DNA of 64,000 nt from Candidatus Latescibacterota bacterium (GTDB taxonomy: Bacteria; Latescibacterota; UBA2968), in assembly GCA_965207885.1 (NCBI GenBank), contig OZ242311.1:4832001-4896000 (forward strand), given 5' to 3'. Position 1 is the stretch's first letter. Each line of letters begins with the position of its first letter. The translations under genes and the position numbers were made by a program. Below, one piece after another: positions 48,186 through 59,549 of this stretch. The notes below the pieces were generated by a model, which was not told where the DNA came from, made no database searches, and worked only from the letters and a program-made list of their open reading frames with translations.

Positions 48186-51140
48186 TTAGAACGATGTGCC
48201 GACGCGGACATAGTAGCCGACGCCTTCTGGATCGGTGAATCGGTATGCCACGCCGAGGCGATAGCGGATTGCTGAATAGAGGACGTAATAGTCGATGATA
48301 ATCTCGGTGCCAGCCGAGAGGAGTGGGCGCGACTGCGATGTGTCGCGCCCATAGGTGTTGGCGGCGTCGGCGAAGAATGTCCAGAAGATGCGGTTGTAGT
48401 GTATCGGCCACGCCCGCAGGCCGCGATTCTCCAATGCGAGGGGGGCGCGGTATTCCAAGGATGCGGACCAGGCGTGCTGTCCCGACCGCGTAGATGTATC
48501 GTATCCTCGTGCCGGGAAAGTGATCGACTCAGCGCCTCCGATGTCGAAGTAGCTGTTGTCGCTGCCCGGTCCCCGAGATGCACCAGCACTCGCGCGCAGT
48601 GCCAGCACGGGTGCTGCGAATTGGCGGCCCGGAAACCAGTGTGGCAGTCTCGCGTAGGTCCTGATGGTGCCTCTAATGTCATTGACTGAGTGGTCATTTG
48701 AGGCGCGGGAGAGGTCGTGGCGCCGCCTGACGCGGACGGAGAACGATGTGCCGGTCGCCGGTCCCATCTGAAAGGCGGATGAGCGCGCATTGGTGGCGGA
48801 GAAACGCACCGATAGTTCGCCCAGGGTGCTGCGCGGATCGTCGAGTTGAAAGCGATGGGTTTTTCGTAGCGCAGAGTCCAGTACTTGTCGATCCTCTCGC
48901 ACGAGTCCGCCGGAGACTGTGAGTGAGACACTGCTTCGCGCCTTTGGCTTTACCAGCGTCATTGATCCTGAGGCGCGGCGTTGCCGCTCGAGGACGAAGA
49001 AGGTTTCGGTTGGGGCATCGGTACTCTCCCGGTATAATCTGGCACCGTCTTCGTCCCAATTCTGCGATAGCGATAACCCGAGCGAGGGGTTCCCCAAGCC
49101 GTAGTAGCGGTACGACAAATTGCCCGTTGCTCTTCCGGTGGAAGAGGATTTAACTGGCAGGAAAATACGAGCACCGATTTCGTATTCGTGCCGGCGTACG
49201 AGGTCGATCCCGGAGGTGCGAGCGCCGATGGATGTGCCGAGTACTTTGGTGCGAGGTATTGCCGTTTCTCCCTTGCGGTGCGCGGGTACTGCGATAGGGA
49301 CATCCCATACGGGTATCCAGTAGTAGGGACGCAGGGTCTCAAGCGGCGAGTAGGCGCGCACCTGTCCCTCAGCGAGTCTGCGTGTTCTGTTGGCGACCTC
49401 GATGTGCGTCGAGTCCGCGCGAGTCGCGGGTGGTGCCGCAATGGGATTGAATGGAATCCGTTCGATCTCCCAGCCATTGACGTGGTAAGCTGAGAAGTAG
49501 AGCCAGCGGCCAGACGGATCGACGTTTGGGTACGCCGCCCCTGTGCGGAGATTGGTCAGCATGACGGGGGGCGAGACTTGCCCGTTATCGACTTGTGCCG
49601 CGAGTATGTTCGGGATGCCGCTACGGTCAGATGCCCAGACCAGCCACTGCCCGTTGACACTCCATGAGGGAGCGAAGTCGAGGGCGCGGTCATGGGTTAC
49701 TTCGCAGACGAGTTTGCCGTGTGCATCGAGGAGGACGATGTCGTGGTGCCCTTGAGTCCAGCGGGTCGCCGCAATCCAGCGGCCATTGGGTGAGATTGCC
49801 GGGTACGCCCAGTGGATATCCGGGTCGGGAGGGACCAGCATTTCGGTCGCGCCGTTGCTGAGATTGATCCGCGCCAGCCCGCTGGTTCCCCCACCTTCGG
49901 CGACTGCGACTGCCCAGCCTGTGGGGCTGACCGATGGAGCGGTTAAGCGTGCGCGAGTTGTTATGCGTCGCACATCACTGCCCGGCGTTACGCGGTAGAG
50001 ATCTCTAAACCTGCGATAGCGACCGGCAAATTCATATTGCGCGAAGACGATGTCTCCATTGGGGATGAAGGCAAATGTGGTGCTGCCGTTGGTCAGGGTT
50101 ACGGTCGATTCACCACTGCCATCTAATCTGGTTGATACCAGTTTGGCATCTGACCGTCCATCTGATCGGATGTAGTACAGTGTTTTGCCATCGGGCGATA
50201 CTTTTGGGTGGTACGCATAGCGGGCACCGCGGGTTATCGTCTGTGGCTCGGTGATTGCACCGAATTTGGCGAGGCGGGTGTCCAGTTCCGCCGCCGCTGT
50301 TCGCTGTGTGTCTGCCCACGCTTTCCACTCGCTCGTCAAGGTGGCGCCAAAGGCGCTGCGACCTGCGGCATCGAGGCGGTAGGGTATCCACTGTTTTTCC
50401 ACTGCTTCGACGAAGGCTATCATGCGGTCACGTCCGTATTTTTGTATCAGGTGCTCGAAGAAGAGCGATCCGTAAGCGTAAGCACGGGTGCCTCCCGGCC
50501 ACTGGGGTGAGTTGCCACCCGCCTGGTCGATGGACTCAAACCGTCCTTCGAGATCCGCTGTTCGCAGGATCATTTTGTGGAATGTGCCATGAACGCGCCC
50601 GGTGCCAGTCAGTGCAGATTCGTACCAGACGGCAATGCCTTCCCGCACCCACCGCGGGGTGGCACCTGCGGGAAATGATAAGAAAGGTACTGGCACTTTC
50701 CCAAAGGGCTTGTGCAACAAGCTATAGCGGCCCGGGCGGTCAATGTGGAAGATGTGCGTCAGTTCGTGTACGATGACGTTTTCCAGCCGATCGTTGTAAT
50801 AAGCGCGTCCGAAGGAGTCGATAGGTGGGCGGGCGTAGATGGTGATTCGGTTCGAGGGCCACACACCCGCGAAGCCATTCGAGACGTCGATGTGATCGGT
50901 TAGTACAAGGTCGATTTTCCCGCGTGGCGCGTCGATGAACTGTTCGGATAGCCGGGCATACGCCCATTCTGCGCGCTCCGCTGCCCTGCGTCCCAGACCT
51001 TCGAGATCCGCGGGAAAAGTGACGCGGAAATGTGCTGTATCGAGCGTGCGCCACGATTCGTCCGGCGCAATGCGTTGCGCCGATGCAGACGCCGTGCATA
51101 AGGTGATGATGGTGAGTAGCACTTTTATTCTTGCACCCAT
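48186..51140 (-). CDS. Secreted multidomain protein: HExxH peptidase-like domain + TolB-like beta-propeller + C-terminal outer-membrane beta-barrel
   Basis: Signal peptide, VHELTH...EGIA, repeated P..SP.G motifs, beta-rich C-terminus ending in Phe; probable start MGARIK. Confidence 0.75.
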   Translation of the reverse strand: MGARIKVLLTIITLCTASASAQRIAPDESWRTLDTAHFRVTFPADLEGLGRRAAERAEWAYARLSEQFIDAPRGKIDLVLTDHIDVSNGFAGVWPSNRITIYARPPIDSFGRAYYNDRLENVIVHELTHIFHIDRPGRYSLLHKPFGKVPVPFLSFPAGATPRWVREGIAVWYESALTGTGRVHGTFHKMILRTADLEGRFESIDQAGGNSPQWPGGTRAYAYGSLFFEHLIQKYGRDRMIAFVEAVEKQWIPYRLDAAGRSAFGATLTSEWKAWADTQRTAAAELDTRLAKFGAITEPQTITRGARYAYHPKVSPDGKTLYYIRSDGRSDAKLVSTRLDGSGESTVTLTNGSTTFAFIPNGDIVFAQYEFAGRYRRFRDLYRVTPGSDVRRITTRARLTAPSVSPTGWAVAVAEGGGTSGLARINLSNGATEMLVPPDPDIHWAYPAISPNGRWIAATRWTQGHHDIVLLDAHGKLVCEVTHDRALDFAPSWSVNGQWLVWASDRSGIPNILAAQVDNGQVSPPVMLTNLRTGAAYPNVDPSGRWLYFSAYHVNGWEIERIPFNPIAAPPATRADSTHIEVANRTRRLAEGQVRAYSPLETLRPYYWIPVWDVPIAVPAHRKGETAIPRTKVLGTSIGARTSGIDLVRRHEYEIGARIFLPVKSSSTGRATGNLSYRYYGLGNPSLGLSLSQNWDEDGARLYRESTDAPTETFFVLERQRRASGSMTLVKPKARSSVSLTVSGGLVREDRQVLDSALRKTHRFQLDDPRSTLGELSVRFSATNARSSAFQMGPATGTSFSVRVRRRHDLSRASNDHSVNDIRGTIRTYARLPHWFPGRQFAAPVLALRASAGASRGPGSDNSYFDIGGAESITFPARGYDTSTRSGQHAWSASLEYRAPLALENRGLRAWPIHYNRIFWTFFADAANTYGRDTSQSRPLLSAGTEIIIDYYVLYSAIRYRLGVAYRFTDPEGVGYYVRVGTSF

Positions 51141-51153
51141 CCTCAATCTCTTA

Positions 51154-53142
51154 TTAAAAATTGTGGAAACCATGTCCTGAGCCGGGGAACCAGATGAGGT
51201 CTATGACCATTCCGACGCCAATGCCGGTGCAATAGCCTATTACTGTGCCGTAGAAGAAGGGTTTTGCGCGTTCGTAGAGGCGTGGACCGCCAAAATGGAC
51301 GATGAGGAGTTTGGCTGCCCAGACCATGAGTATGCTCAGGGCGTAATAGCGCGGTCCCGTTGTGTATTGAAATGCGAGACCAAGAGGATGCAGTGGCCAG
51401 CGGGGGAACCAGGTGCGCAGGCCCGCCAATAATGCGGCTATTCCTGCGCCCAGGAGCCAGATGCCGAGTTTTTGGAGGTCGAAAGATGTTTTTTCGGTTT
51501 CGCCCAATGCGCGTCCAATTCCACCAAAAATACCCAGGGGTCCTTCCCAGAGGGTCCAGGAACGTAGGAAGAGCGCGGAGTCGCGATAACAATAGTAGAT
51601 GATGGTGGCGGCACAGACAAAGAAGCCCATGGTGAATGCGAGAAAGACGACGCCACTCGTCCAGTGTTTGCCGCGTTCTGCAGGCACATCGTCCATGGCT
51701 TTGAAGTGGTGGGGCAATACCTGCATGGTTTGAATGCGTCCGCCGCCGTAGAATACGCCGCTGTTGACGAGGTGCATCGCGGTCATTTCGCGGGTCGATA
51801 GGGTGGCTGTGCCGAGGATTGCGTTGACAAAGCCCGATCCTTTGATCCACACGGGGAAGAGGTATCCAAATCCGCTGGCGGCAATGAATTTGGAGGTCGC
51901 AAAATACGCGATGAACATCATTAGTAGATGGACAATTGCGAGAGATAGCGACATGCCCAGAGATATGAAAAAGCTACAGAGGTACAACACGGAAATGATC
52001 AGGCCGATAACGGCGAAGCGATAGGAGATGGGGCCATCGCCGCGGTCGCCTTTTAAGGCGGTTTTTGCCACCTGTATCAGATGTCGCCGCGCGATCCATA
52101 CAGACCAGACGACGAGTACTGTCATTGCGCCGTGGCTTTCGAGGTTGACGATTTCTCCGCCTTTGGCAACTTGTCCTTCTAACCCGACTGTGAAACCGGT
52201 GCGGTTGATGACGCCCATTTTGACCACGGCGAAGAGGCCAAAGAACCAGAAGCTGAACAGAAGATCCAGGCTGCACAAATATCCGAGGCCAATGACCAGG
52301 GGCAAGACGCGCAAATAGACGGGGGGGAAGCTCTGTGCTACAGTCATGGATTTGGTGTTGATGCTGTCAAAGAGCGTGATGCGGGGTACGTTGGGAAACC
52401 AGAAGTTGATGATGTTCCAACCAATGATGCCCGCAGTCCAGGCAAAGCCAGCCCAGAAGACGGGGTCGCGGAAAATTTTGGGCAGTGCACGGCCTTCGCC
52501 AAACCCTTCCATGAGGTCCATGGGGAAGTTGACGAGTGGATAGGTCAAGCGCTCGGCATCGGCCCATTGGCGGTGAAAAATGGCGATGACAAAAAATCCG
52601 GCGGACATGAAGGCCAGTACGCCAGAGAACCACCATAAGACGGATGGTATCCAGCCTGTCCAGGGGACAAATTCGCCCGTGTGCAGGCCAAAGTAGAAGC
52701 GGTCCATGATCCAGGGCGTGGGTTCGGGAAATGCCCAGTGAGGCAGTTCATCTAAGAACAATTCTGCCCAGCGATTTTCCGGCGATGCAAAAAAATAAGG
52801 TGCGGGCAATGCGCCGATAAAATATCCCATCCAGCCGACGCCGGGCATCATGCCCACAATCCACATGGTGGCAAAGATGACCATCATTTCGTGACGCGAG
52901 AGCACAGATTGCGGCGCGATCCGGGCGATGATCATGTTGATCACGACCCAGAGGAGGAATCCCAGGATGAGGGCGACGGGAAAACTGGATTTGACCATCG
53001 ATCCCGCGTGGAGTACGATTTCGAGGACATTTTGAGAATAGGCCATCAGGCCGGCGGTGAGCAGGCCGAGGAGGATGGATCGCCCGGTAATACGCGGTGA
53101 TTCGGTCGGTTGGATTTGGGGGTCGGGTTGCGAAATAGCCAT
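51154..53142 (-). CDS. DUF6785-like multi-pass membrane protein (putative transporter)
   Basis: Many TM helices; QW..AERL.YP and WPLHPLG motifs; probable start MAISQ. Confidence 0.75.
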   Translation of the reverse strand: MAISQPDPQIQPTESPRITGRSILLGLLTAGLMAYSQNVLEIVLHAGSMVKSSFPVALILGFLLWVVINMIIARIAPQSVLSRHEMMVIFATMWIVGMMPGVGWMGYFIGALPAPYFFASPENRWAELFLDELPHWAFPEPTPWIMDRFYFGLHTGEFVPWTGWIPSVLWWFSGVLAFMSAGFFVIAIFHRQWADAERLTYPLVNFPMDLMEGFGEGRALPKIFRDPVFWAGFAWTAGIIGWNIINFWFPNVPRITLFDSINTKSMTVAQSFPPVYLRVLPLVIGLGYLCSLDLLFSFWFFGLFAVVKMGVINRTGFTVGLEGQVAKGGEIVNLESHGAMTVLVVWSVWIARRHLIQVAKTALKGDRGDGPISYRFAVIGLIISVLYLCSFFISLGMSLSLAIVHLLMMFIAYFATSKFIAASGFGYLFPVWIKGSGFVNAILGTATLSTREMTAMHLVNSGVFYGGGRIQTMQVLPHHFKAMDDVPAERGKHWTSGVVFLAFTMGFFVCAATIIYYCYRDSALFLRSWTLWEGPLGIFGGIGRALGETEKTSFDLQKLGIWLLGAGIAALLAGLRTWFPRWPLHPLGLAFQYTTGPRYYALSILMVWAAKLLIVHFGGPRLYERAKPFFYGTVIGYCTGIGVGMVIDLIWFPGSGHGFHNF

Positions 53143-53355
53143 TTTGTGCTCCGTATTTAGAATGCGCGTTAATATACGATGCCCAAATAGCAGTGTCAAA
53201 CGCATGGGGTAGTATTTGTCAATTTGTAGTATTGGGGTTATTATGAGGGGGCTGGGGGTTGGGTTGTTGGGCGGGCTGGGTGCTGACCGCTGACTGCTTG
53301 GGAGCTGGTTGGGTGGTCGTCTTACGTCTCACCTTTTACGTCTCACCTTAATCTT

Positions 53356-53610
53356 ATGGCACGCAAAGATATTCGAACCATTTCGATTTTTTGTGCGAAA
53401 TGTAGAACCCTGCTGTACAAATACCGCAAGGGTGGGCGAGGCGGATTGGTGAAGTGCATGGTGGATCGGATTGCCGAAGACCATACCCGAGGGGATATGA
53501 AGTGCCCAAAATGCAGACAGGCGTTTGCGAGGTTCAGGATGTATGGCGGGCAGGCCGCGCATAAGATTATACAGGGAAAGGTTTTTACGAGGGGTATGGC
53601 GAGGCGGTAG
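53356..53610 (+). CDS. Small basic zinc-ribbon-like protein
   Basis: CAKC...LYKY.K.G.G.LVKC...CPKC. Confidence 0.7.
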   Translation: MARKDIRTISIFCAKCRTLLYKYRKGGRGGLVKCMVDRIAEDHTRGDMKCPKCRQAFARFRMYGGQAAHKIIQGKVFTRGMARR

Positions 53611-53634
53611 AGTTAAAAAAGGAGCGAAAATACG

Positions 53635-54828
53635 ATGGCTAAATTTGTCGCGAATTACGATGAAGACAAGGTGCCCGATTACACATTGCCCGATCCGTTG
53701 ATTTTTGGAGATGGAACAAAGGTCGAAGATGCTGCTTTGTGGGAAAGACGGCGGGCAGAGATTTTGTCTTTGTTTGAGACCCAGGTGTATGGCAAGATGC
53801 CGGGTGCTACGGCGGACATGCATTTTGAGACGCGGTTTGTGAATGGGGATGCGTTGGACGGGATTTGTAAGGAAGTTCGCATTTATTTTTCTAAAGATGC
53901 GGAGCCGCGAATGGATATTTTAATTTTTTTGCCAAAAGACGCTGATGGACCTGTGCCGTTGTTTGTGGGATTGAATTTTGGGGGGAATCACACCGTTCAT
54001 GCCGATCCCCAAATTACATTGTCCGAGCGGTGGATGCGTTCGAAAACGGAGGGGGTTTTGGATCATCGGGCAACGGAAGTGGCGCGCGGTAAGGCTGCAA
54101 GCAGGTGGCCTGTGGGGCGGATTTTGGCAAGGGGTTACGGTCTGGCTACGATTTATTGTGGCGATCTGGATCCGGATTATGACGATGGGTTTCAAAATGG
54201 CGTGCATCCGCTTTTTGGCAGGCGAAATACTGGGGATGACTGGGGGGCTATTGGTGCGTGGGCATGGGGATTGATGAGGGCGATGGATTATTTTGAAAGC
54301 GATGAGGCGATTGATCACGCGCGGGCTGCTGTGATGGGGCATTCGCGATTGGGCAAGACCGCGTTGTGGGCTGGCGCACAAGACGAGCGGTTTGCCCTTG
54401 TGATTTCAAATAATTCGGGATGTGGGGGTGCCGCGCTGTCCCGCCGTCGATATGGCGAAACTGTGGGGCGGATTAATACCAGTTTTCCACACTGGTTTTG
54501 CGACAATTTTAAGCGGTATAATGAGCGCGAGGACGATTTGCCCGTTGACCAGCATTTGCTCATTGCCCTGATGGCGCCTCGCCCGGTTTATGTTGCCAGT
54601 GCAGAAGAAGATCGCTGGGCGGATCCAAAGGGGGAGTTTTTGGGTGCGAAACACGCCGGTGCGGTTTATCGTTTGTTGGGAACAGATGGTCTGGATGTTG
54701 AAGATATGCCGCGTGTTCACGAGCCGATTATGAGTCGCATTGGATATCATATTCGCGCAGGCGGTCACGATGTGACGGATTACGATTGGGATCGGTATAT
54801 GGATTTTGCCGATAAACACTGGCAGTGA
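53635..54828 (+). CDS. Carbohydrate esterase family 15 (glucuronoyl esterase-like)
   Basis: NYDE.KVP.YTLPDPL, AWAWG, GHSRLGK, SGCGG, LPVDQH, WADP.GE. Confidence 0.88.
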   Translation: MAKFVANYDEDKVPDYTLPDPLIFGDGTKVEDAALWERRRAEILSLFETQVYGKMPGATADMHFETRFVNGDALDGICKEVRIYFSKDAEPRMDILIFLPKDADGPVPLFVGLNFGGNHTVHADPQITLSERWMRSKTEGVLDHRATEVARGKAASRWPVGRILARGYGLATIYCGDLDPDYDDGFQNGVHPLFGRRNTGDDWGAIGAWAWGLMRAMDYFESDEAIDHARAAVMGHSRLGKTALWAGAQDERFALVISNNSGCGGAALSRRRYGETVGRINTSFPHWFCDNFKRYNEREDDLPVDQHLLIALMAPRPVYVASAEEDRWADPKGEFLGAKHAGAVYRLLGTDGLDVEDMPRVHEPIMSRIGYHIRAGGHDVTDYDWDRYMDFADKHWQ

Positions 54829-54862
54829 AGTTCGACGAGTGGTTGAACAGAAAGGAATAGTT

Positions 54863-55915
54863 ATGGCAACTCAAACAGAGCGACCTTACGCGCTCAAAGC
54901 GGTGCCGGGATTTTATTCGTCGTATTCGGGTATTCAGATTGCAGCGCAAACGTCGGATAGTGCGAGCGATGAAGATTTGCAGTTTATGCAACAACTCGGC
55001 GTGGAATGGATGATGGTCGGCGTGGATGATCTCGAGAATCAGAATGCCGATTATTACAAGGCGTTGAAAGCTCGGTTTGCAAAATACGATTTACAGATTT
55101 ATCGCATTGCCAATCGCAGTGTGCATAATATGCCCGAAGTGACCCTGAATTTGCCGGGGCGCGATGAGAAGGTCGAGGAATTTATTACTTTTATTCGCAA
55201 TCTGGGCGAGGCGGGTATTCCGTATAATACGTATGCACACATGGGCAATGGGATTTGGAGTTCGGGGCGCACAACGCGGCGCGGGGGCATGGATGCGAGG
55301 ACGCTCGATATCGAGAATGCCACAGGGCATTGGGACGGTCAAATTTTTGAAGGAAAATTGACACATGGGCGGGTATATAGCGAAGATGAGCTTTGGGAGA
55401 ATTACGAGTATATGATCCGCAAGGTCGCGCCTGTTGCCGAGGAATCAGGTGTTTATATCGGCATTCATCCCGATGATCCTCCCGTGTATCCTCTGGGCGG
55501 GATTCCGCGCTGTATGTTTGGCAATTTTAAGGGGTACAAGCAGGCGATGGATATTGCGGATAGTCCAAATATCGGGGTTTGTTTGTGCGTGGGGTGCTGG
55601 CTCGAAGGGGGTAAAGAAGGCATGGGCGTGGATGTGATTGAGGCTATTCACTATTTTGCCAGCCGCAAGAAGTTGTTTAAGGTTCATTTTCGCAATGTTT
55701 CAAATCCAATGCCAGAGCCGTGGGCAGAGACTTTGATGGACGATGGGTACCAGGATATGCATGCGGTGATGAAAGCTCTGCAGGAGGTGGCGTTTGATGG
55801 GGCGATTATTCCGGATCATATTCCGCAGATTCTGGGAGGTCATCGCGCGGGGGTGGCGTATTCGATTGCCTATATGCGCGCGCTGGTTCAAGCCGTGAAT
55901 AACGAAGTGGGTTAG
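54863..55915 (+). CDS. uxuA: Mannonate dehydratase family protein
   Basis: LWENY, PVAEE.GV...IHPDDPP, VHFRNV, PDH.P; probable start MATQ. Confidence 0.8.
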   Translation: MATQTERPYALKAVPGFYSSYSGIQIAAQTSDSASDEDLQFMQQLGVEWMMVGVDDLENQNADYYKALKARFAKYDLQIYRIANRSVHNMPEVTLNLPGRDEKVEEFITFIRNLGEAGIPYNTYAHMGNGIWSSGRTTRRGGMDARTLDIENATGHWDGQIFEGKLTHGRVYSEDELWENYEYMIRKVAPVAEESGVYIGIHPDDPPVYPLGGIPRCMFGNFKGYKQAMDIADSPNIGVCLCVGCWLEGGKEGMGVDVIEAIHYFASRKKLFKVHFRNVSNPMPEPWAETLMDDGYQDMHAVMKALQEVAFDGAIIPDHIPQILGGHRAGVAYSIAYMRALVQAVNNEVG

Positions 55916-55918
55916 GGG

Positions 55919-57379
55919 TTACGGTCCACGTTTGCCTGTCGCGATGATTGTACCGGCGGGCAATAACGCGTCAAGGCGGTTTGGTAGATCGTCGCCGATG
56001 CTGTGCAGCCAGGTCAGGAGTTGCTTGCGCAGGTCATTTTCTGTGGTTGATATGTGGGGTTGCCCACTCAGGTTTTTCATTTCGTGTGGGTCGGTTTGCA
56101 GGTCGTAAAATTCGTCGATGTCTTGCGGGTTCCACACGTATTTGTATCGTTCGTTGCGAATGGCGCGCACTTCAAAGCTGTAACCGTTGTAGCGGTAGTA
56201 GGTGCCATAGGCAATTTGTGGCCAGTCGGGTGGGCGGCTTTGCGTTCCGATGAGTGGGAGAAGGTTGCGCCCCTCGCGCGGTTGGTCAGCGGATGGTTCG
56301 GCGCAGATGAGAGAGAAGATGGTTTCGCCGATGTCGAGCAATGAGACATACGCGTCCTGGGTTGCAGGTGGTGTGTCGGGCGCGCGAATGATGAGTGGGA
56401 TGCGCCAGACTTCTTCGTAAAAATAAGCCCCTTTGTCAAATCGGTTGTGCGCGCCTTCCATGTCGCCGTGGTCAGATGTGAAGACAACGGTTGTTGTATC
56501 GGCGAGGTCGAGGCGGTCTATGGCGTCGAGAATTCGCCCGATGGCTTCATCGACCATTGTGATGTGTGCGTGGGAATAGGCGATAACGGTTTTCCATTCT
56601 TCTTCGTCGAGCGAAGAGGTGTCCATGCATCCCCACCAGGGTGTCGAATGGAACCAGGGGCGTCCCTCGCAGTTGTCGTTCAGGTTTGCGGGGAGTTCGA
56701 CACGCGTGCGGAGTTCTTCGGCGAGTTTGACGTATTCTTCGGGCAGGTGATGCGGAAAGTGTGGCGGTGCGGAAGATACAGTGAGAAAGAAGGGTTTGTT
56801 TTGGTGGCTCTTAGCCCATGTTTCGAGAAATTTTACGCCTTTGTTCACGGTGGGAAAGGGCTGGATATTTTCTTTTGGTTGGGGTGAATCCCCCCAAAAT
56901 GGCGCGTGCCCTTTGATGAGGTTTTTGGTTTGATTGGCGTAGCTGGCAACGGTCTTTTCATAGGTGTGATCATTTGTTTGTGGGTGGTATGGCTTTGAGT
57001 GTATTTCGATATTGGGATCAAATCCGTGTGCGCCGCGTTTTTCAGGGTTGATATGCCCGAGGTGCCATTTGCCGTAGTAACCGACGTGATAGCCGAGGCG
57101 CACGGCTTCGTCAATCCAGGTTTTTTGGTCGAGCGGCATGGATTCCTGGAGGGAATAGCCGACGGATTGGTTGTCGTAAACGCCATTTTGGTGTGGCCAG
57201 CGAGCCGTGAGTAGTGTGCCCCGAGCAGGTGTGCAGAGGGGACAAGATGTGAAAGCATTTGTGAATACCGTGCCTTCGGATGATAGGCGATCAATATTCG
57301 GCGTGGGTATGTCGGCACCGAGAAAGCCAAATGCCCATGCAGGCCATTGGTCGGTGAGGATAAATAAGACGTTTTGCAT
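55919..57379 (-). CDS. Sulfatase
   Basis: NVLFILTDQ, TPNID, CTPARG (CxPxR), GKWH, SDHGD; probable start MQNVLF. Confidence 0.92.
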   Translation of the reverse strand: MQNVLFILTDQWPAWAFGFLGADIPTPNIDRLSSEGTVFTNAFTSCPLCTPARGTLLTARWPHQNGVYDNQSVGYSLQESMPLDQKTWIDEAVRLGYHVGYYGKWHLGHINPEKRGAHGFDPNIEIHSKPYHPQTNDHTYEKTVASYANQTKNLIKGHAPFWGDSPQPKENIQPFPTVNKGVKFLETWAKSHQNKPFFLTVSSAPPHFPHHLPEEYVKLAEELRTRVELPANLNDNCEGRPWFHSTPWWGCMDTSSLDEEEWKTVIAYSHAHITMVDEAIGRILDAIDRLDLADTTTVVFTSDHGDMEGAHNRFDKGAYFYEEVWRIPLIIRAPDTPPATQDAYVSLLDIGETIFSLICAEPSADQPREGRNLLPLIGTQSRPPDWPQIAYGTYYRYNGYSFEVRAIRNERYKYVWNPQDIDEFYDLQTDPHEMKNLSGQPHISTTENDLRKQLLTWLHSIGDDLPNRLDALLPAGTIIATGKRGP

Positions 57380-57658
57380 GATCAGAAGCCTTTCTTCTGC
57401 GTTTATCTGCGAAAAACGCTCAAATGAACTGGCCTTATAGGCGGCCAGTTGTACACCGCTCATTCGCGTTTTTTTCTGCGGATTGTTCTTTTCGATAATA
57501 AACCGATCTTTGCGGTATTTCGCAATCTCAGATTTGCCCTTGATAGATGCACATAGAGTCACTATATTATATCACCTCTTACTCCTCCCCTGAGTTGTTT
57601 TTCCTTCCCCAGGTCCTTTCTGTTATCATCACCTTCCAAATAAGGGTAGGAATATATT

Positions 57659-59539
57659 ATGGCAACGGCAATAAAATCGCGCACTTCTAATACTACACAA
57701 CTCGATTTGCTCTCGTCATCCAGAAGTAATAGTAAAGCCAATGGCAAGAAAAATGGTGCCCATAATTACGACGAGAGCAAGATTAAAACCCTTTCTTCGC
57801 TCGAGCATATTCGTTTGCGCACGGGTATGTACATTGGGCGACTCGGCTCGGGTACAGATCCCGATGACGGTATATACGTTTTACTCAAAGAGGTGGTGGA
57901 TAATGCTGTCGATGAATTTATTTCGGGTTTTGGCACAAAAATCGATGTGACTATTGACGCCAATCACGTCAGTGTGCGCGACTATGGGCGCGGCGTTCCG
58001 CTGGGCAAAATTGTCGAATGCGTTTCTGTGATCAATACCGGTGCCAAATACAACGACGATGTTTTCCAATTTAGCGTGGGCCTCAATGGCGTGGGTAGCA
58101 AAGCGGTCAACGCGCTTTCTACGGATTTTCGCGTGGTGGCCTATCGCGATGGCAAGTACGCCGAAGCCCGCTTTACGCGTGGGAAACTCATTGGTGAAAA
58201 AAAGGGGCGGACTCGGGAACCAGATGGCTCCCTTTTTGAGTTCACGCCCGATTCTGAGATTTTTGACGAATACGATTATAATTTCGAATACGTCGAGCGC
58301 CGCATGTGGAACTACGCCTGTCTCAATAGCGGTCTCTCGCTCGTTTTTAACAAACAGAAATTCGTCTCAAGGCGCGGCTTGCTCGATTTTCTCAGCCGCG
58401 AAGTCGATGATTCGGCGCTTTATGAACCCGCGTATTACAAGGGGCAATATCTCGAATTTGCATTTACCCATACGTCTAATTATGGGGAAAATTATTTTTC
58501 TTTTGTCAATGGGCAATACACCATTGATGGTGGTACGCATCAAAGTGCTTTTCGAGAGGGCATCTTAAAAGGCGTCAATGAGTTTTACAAGAAGAATTAC
58601 AGCGGCGTGGATGTGCGGGAATCCATCAATGGCGCTGTTGCAGTCAAGCTCAAAGAACCCGTTTTTGAGTCGCAAACAAAAAACAAACTCGGCAATACCG
58701 AAGTGCGCTCGTGGATTGTTTCTGAAACGCGCAGTGCGGTGGTCGATTTTTTGCACAAGAATACCACGGCGGCGCAAAAGCTTCAGGAGAAGATCAACCA
58801 CAATGAGCGCCTGCGCAGAGAACTCAACGATGTCAAGAAAAAGGCAAAGGAAGTCGCCCGCAAAGTCTCCATCAAAATTCCGCATTTCAAGGATTGCAAA
58901 TATCACAAGGGCGATAAAAAACGCGGCGATGAATCTACGATTTTTATTACCGAAGGTCCATCTGCTGCCGGGTCTATGGTTGCCGCCCGCGATGTGGAGA
59001 CGCAGGCTATTTTCGGTCTGAAGGGCGTGCCTCTCAATGTGTTTGGGAAAACAAAAGCCGCGATTTACAAGAATGAAGAGCTCTACAATCTCATGACGGC
59101 TTTGGGCATTGAAGACAGCGTTGAGAATCTCCGTTTCAACAATGTGGTCATTGCCACTGATGCCGATTACGATGGTTTCCACATCCGCAATTTGCTGATG
59201 ACTTTTTTCCTCAATTATTTCGAAGAACTCGTTACTTCTGGTCATGTCTATATTCTGGAGACGCCAATTTTTCGCGTGCGGAATAGCCGCGAAACGCGCT
59301 ATTGTTATAGCGAGAAAGAACGCAATCAGGCTGTTGCCGATTTGCGAAATCCCGAGGTCACGCGCTTCAAGGGATTGGGAGAGATTTCACCCGGTGAATT
59401 TGGACAATTCATCGGAGAGGATATGCGCCTGATCAAGGTCGGCGTGCGCGCTCTTGCCGAGGTTCCAACTACCCTCGAATTTTACATGGGAAAGAATACG
59501 CCCGATCGCAGAGATTATATTGTGGAGCATTTGATTTAG
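57659..59539 (+). CDS. parE: DNA topoisomerase IV subunit B
   Basis: EVVDNAVDE, DYGRG, GLNGVG.KAVNALS, TEG.SA, ATDADYDG, RFKGLGE. Confidence 0.9.
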   Translation: MATAIKSRTSNTTQLDLLSSSRSNSKANGKKNGAHNYDESKIKTLSSLEHIRLRTGMYIGRLGSGTDPDDGIYVLLKEVVDNAVDEFISGFGTKIDVTIDANHVSVRDYGRGVPLGKIVECVSVINTGAKYNDDVFQFSVGLNGVGSKAVNALSTDFRVVAYRDGKYAEARFTRGKLIGEKKGRTREPDGSLFEFTPDSEIFDEYDYNFEYVERRMWNYACLNSGLSLVFNKQKFVSRRGLLDFLSREVDDSALYEPAYYKGQYLEFAFTHTSNYGENYFSFVNGQYTIDGGTHQSAFREGILKGVNEFYKKNYSGVDVRESINGAVAVKLKEPVFESQTKNKLGNTEVRSWIVSETRSAVVDFLHKNTTAAQKLQEKINHNERLRRELNDVKKKAKEVARKVSIKIPHFKDCKYHKGDKKRGDESTIFITEGPSAAGSMVAARDVETQAIFGLKGVPLNVFGKTKAAIYKNEELYNLMTALGIEDSVENLRFNNVVIATDADYDGFHIRNLLMTFFLNYFEELVTSGHVYILETPIFRVRNSRETRYCYSEKERNQAVADLRNPEVTRFKGLGEISPGEFGQFIGEDMRLIKVGVRALAEVPTTLEFYMGKNTPDRRDYIVEHLI

Positions 59540-59549
59540 AGGACTAACA

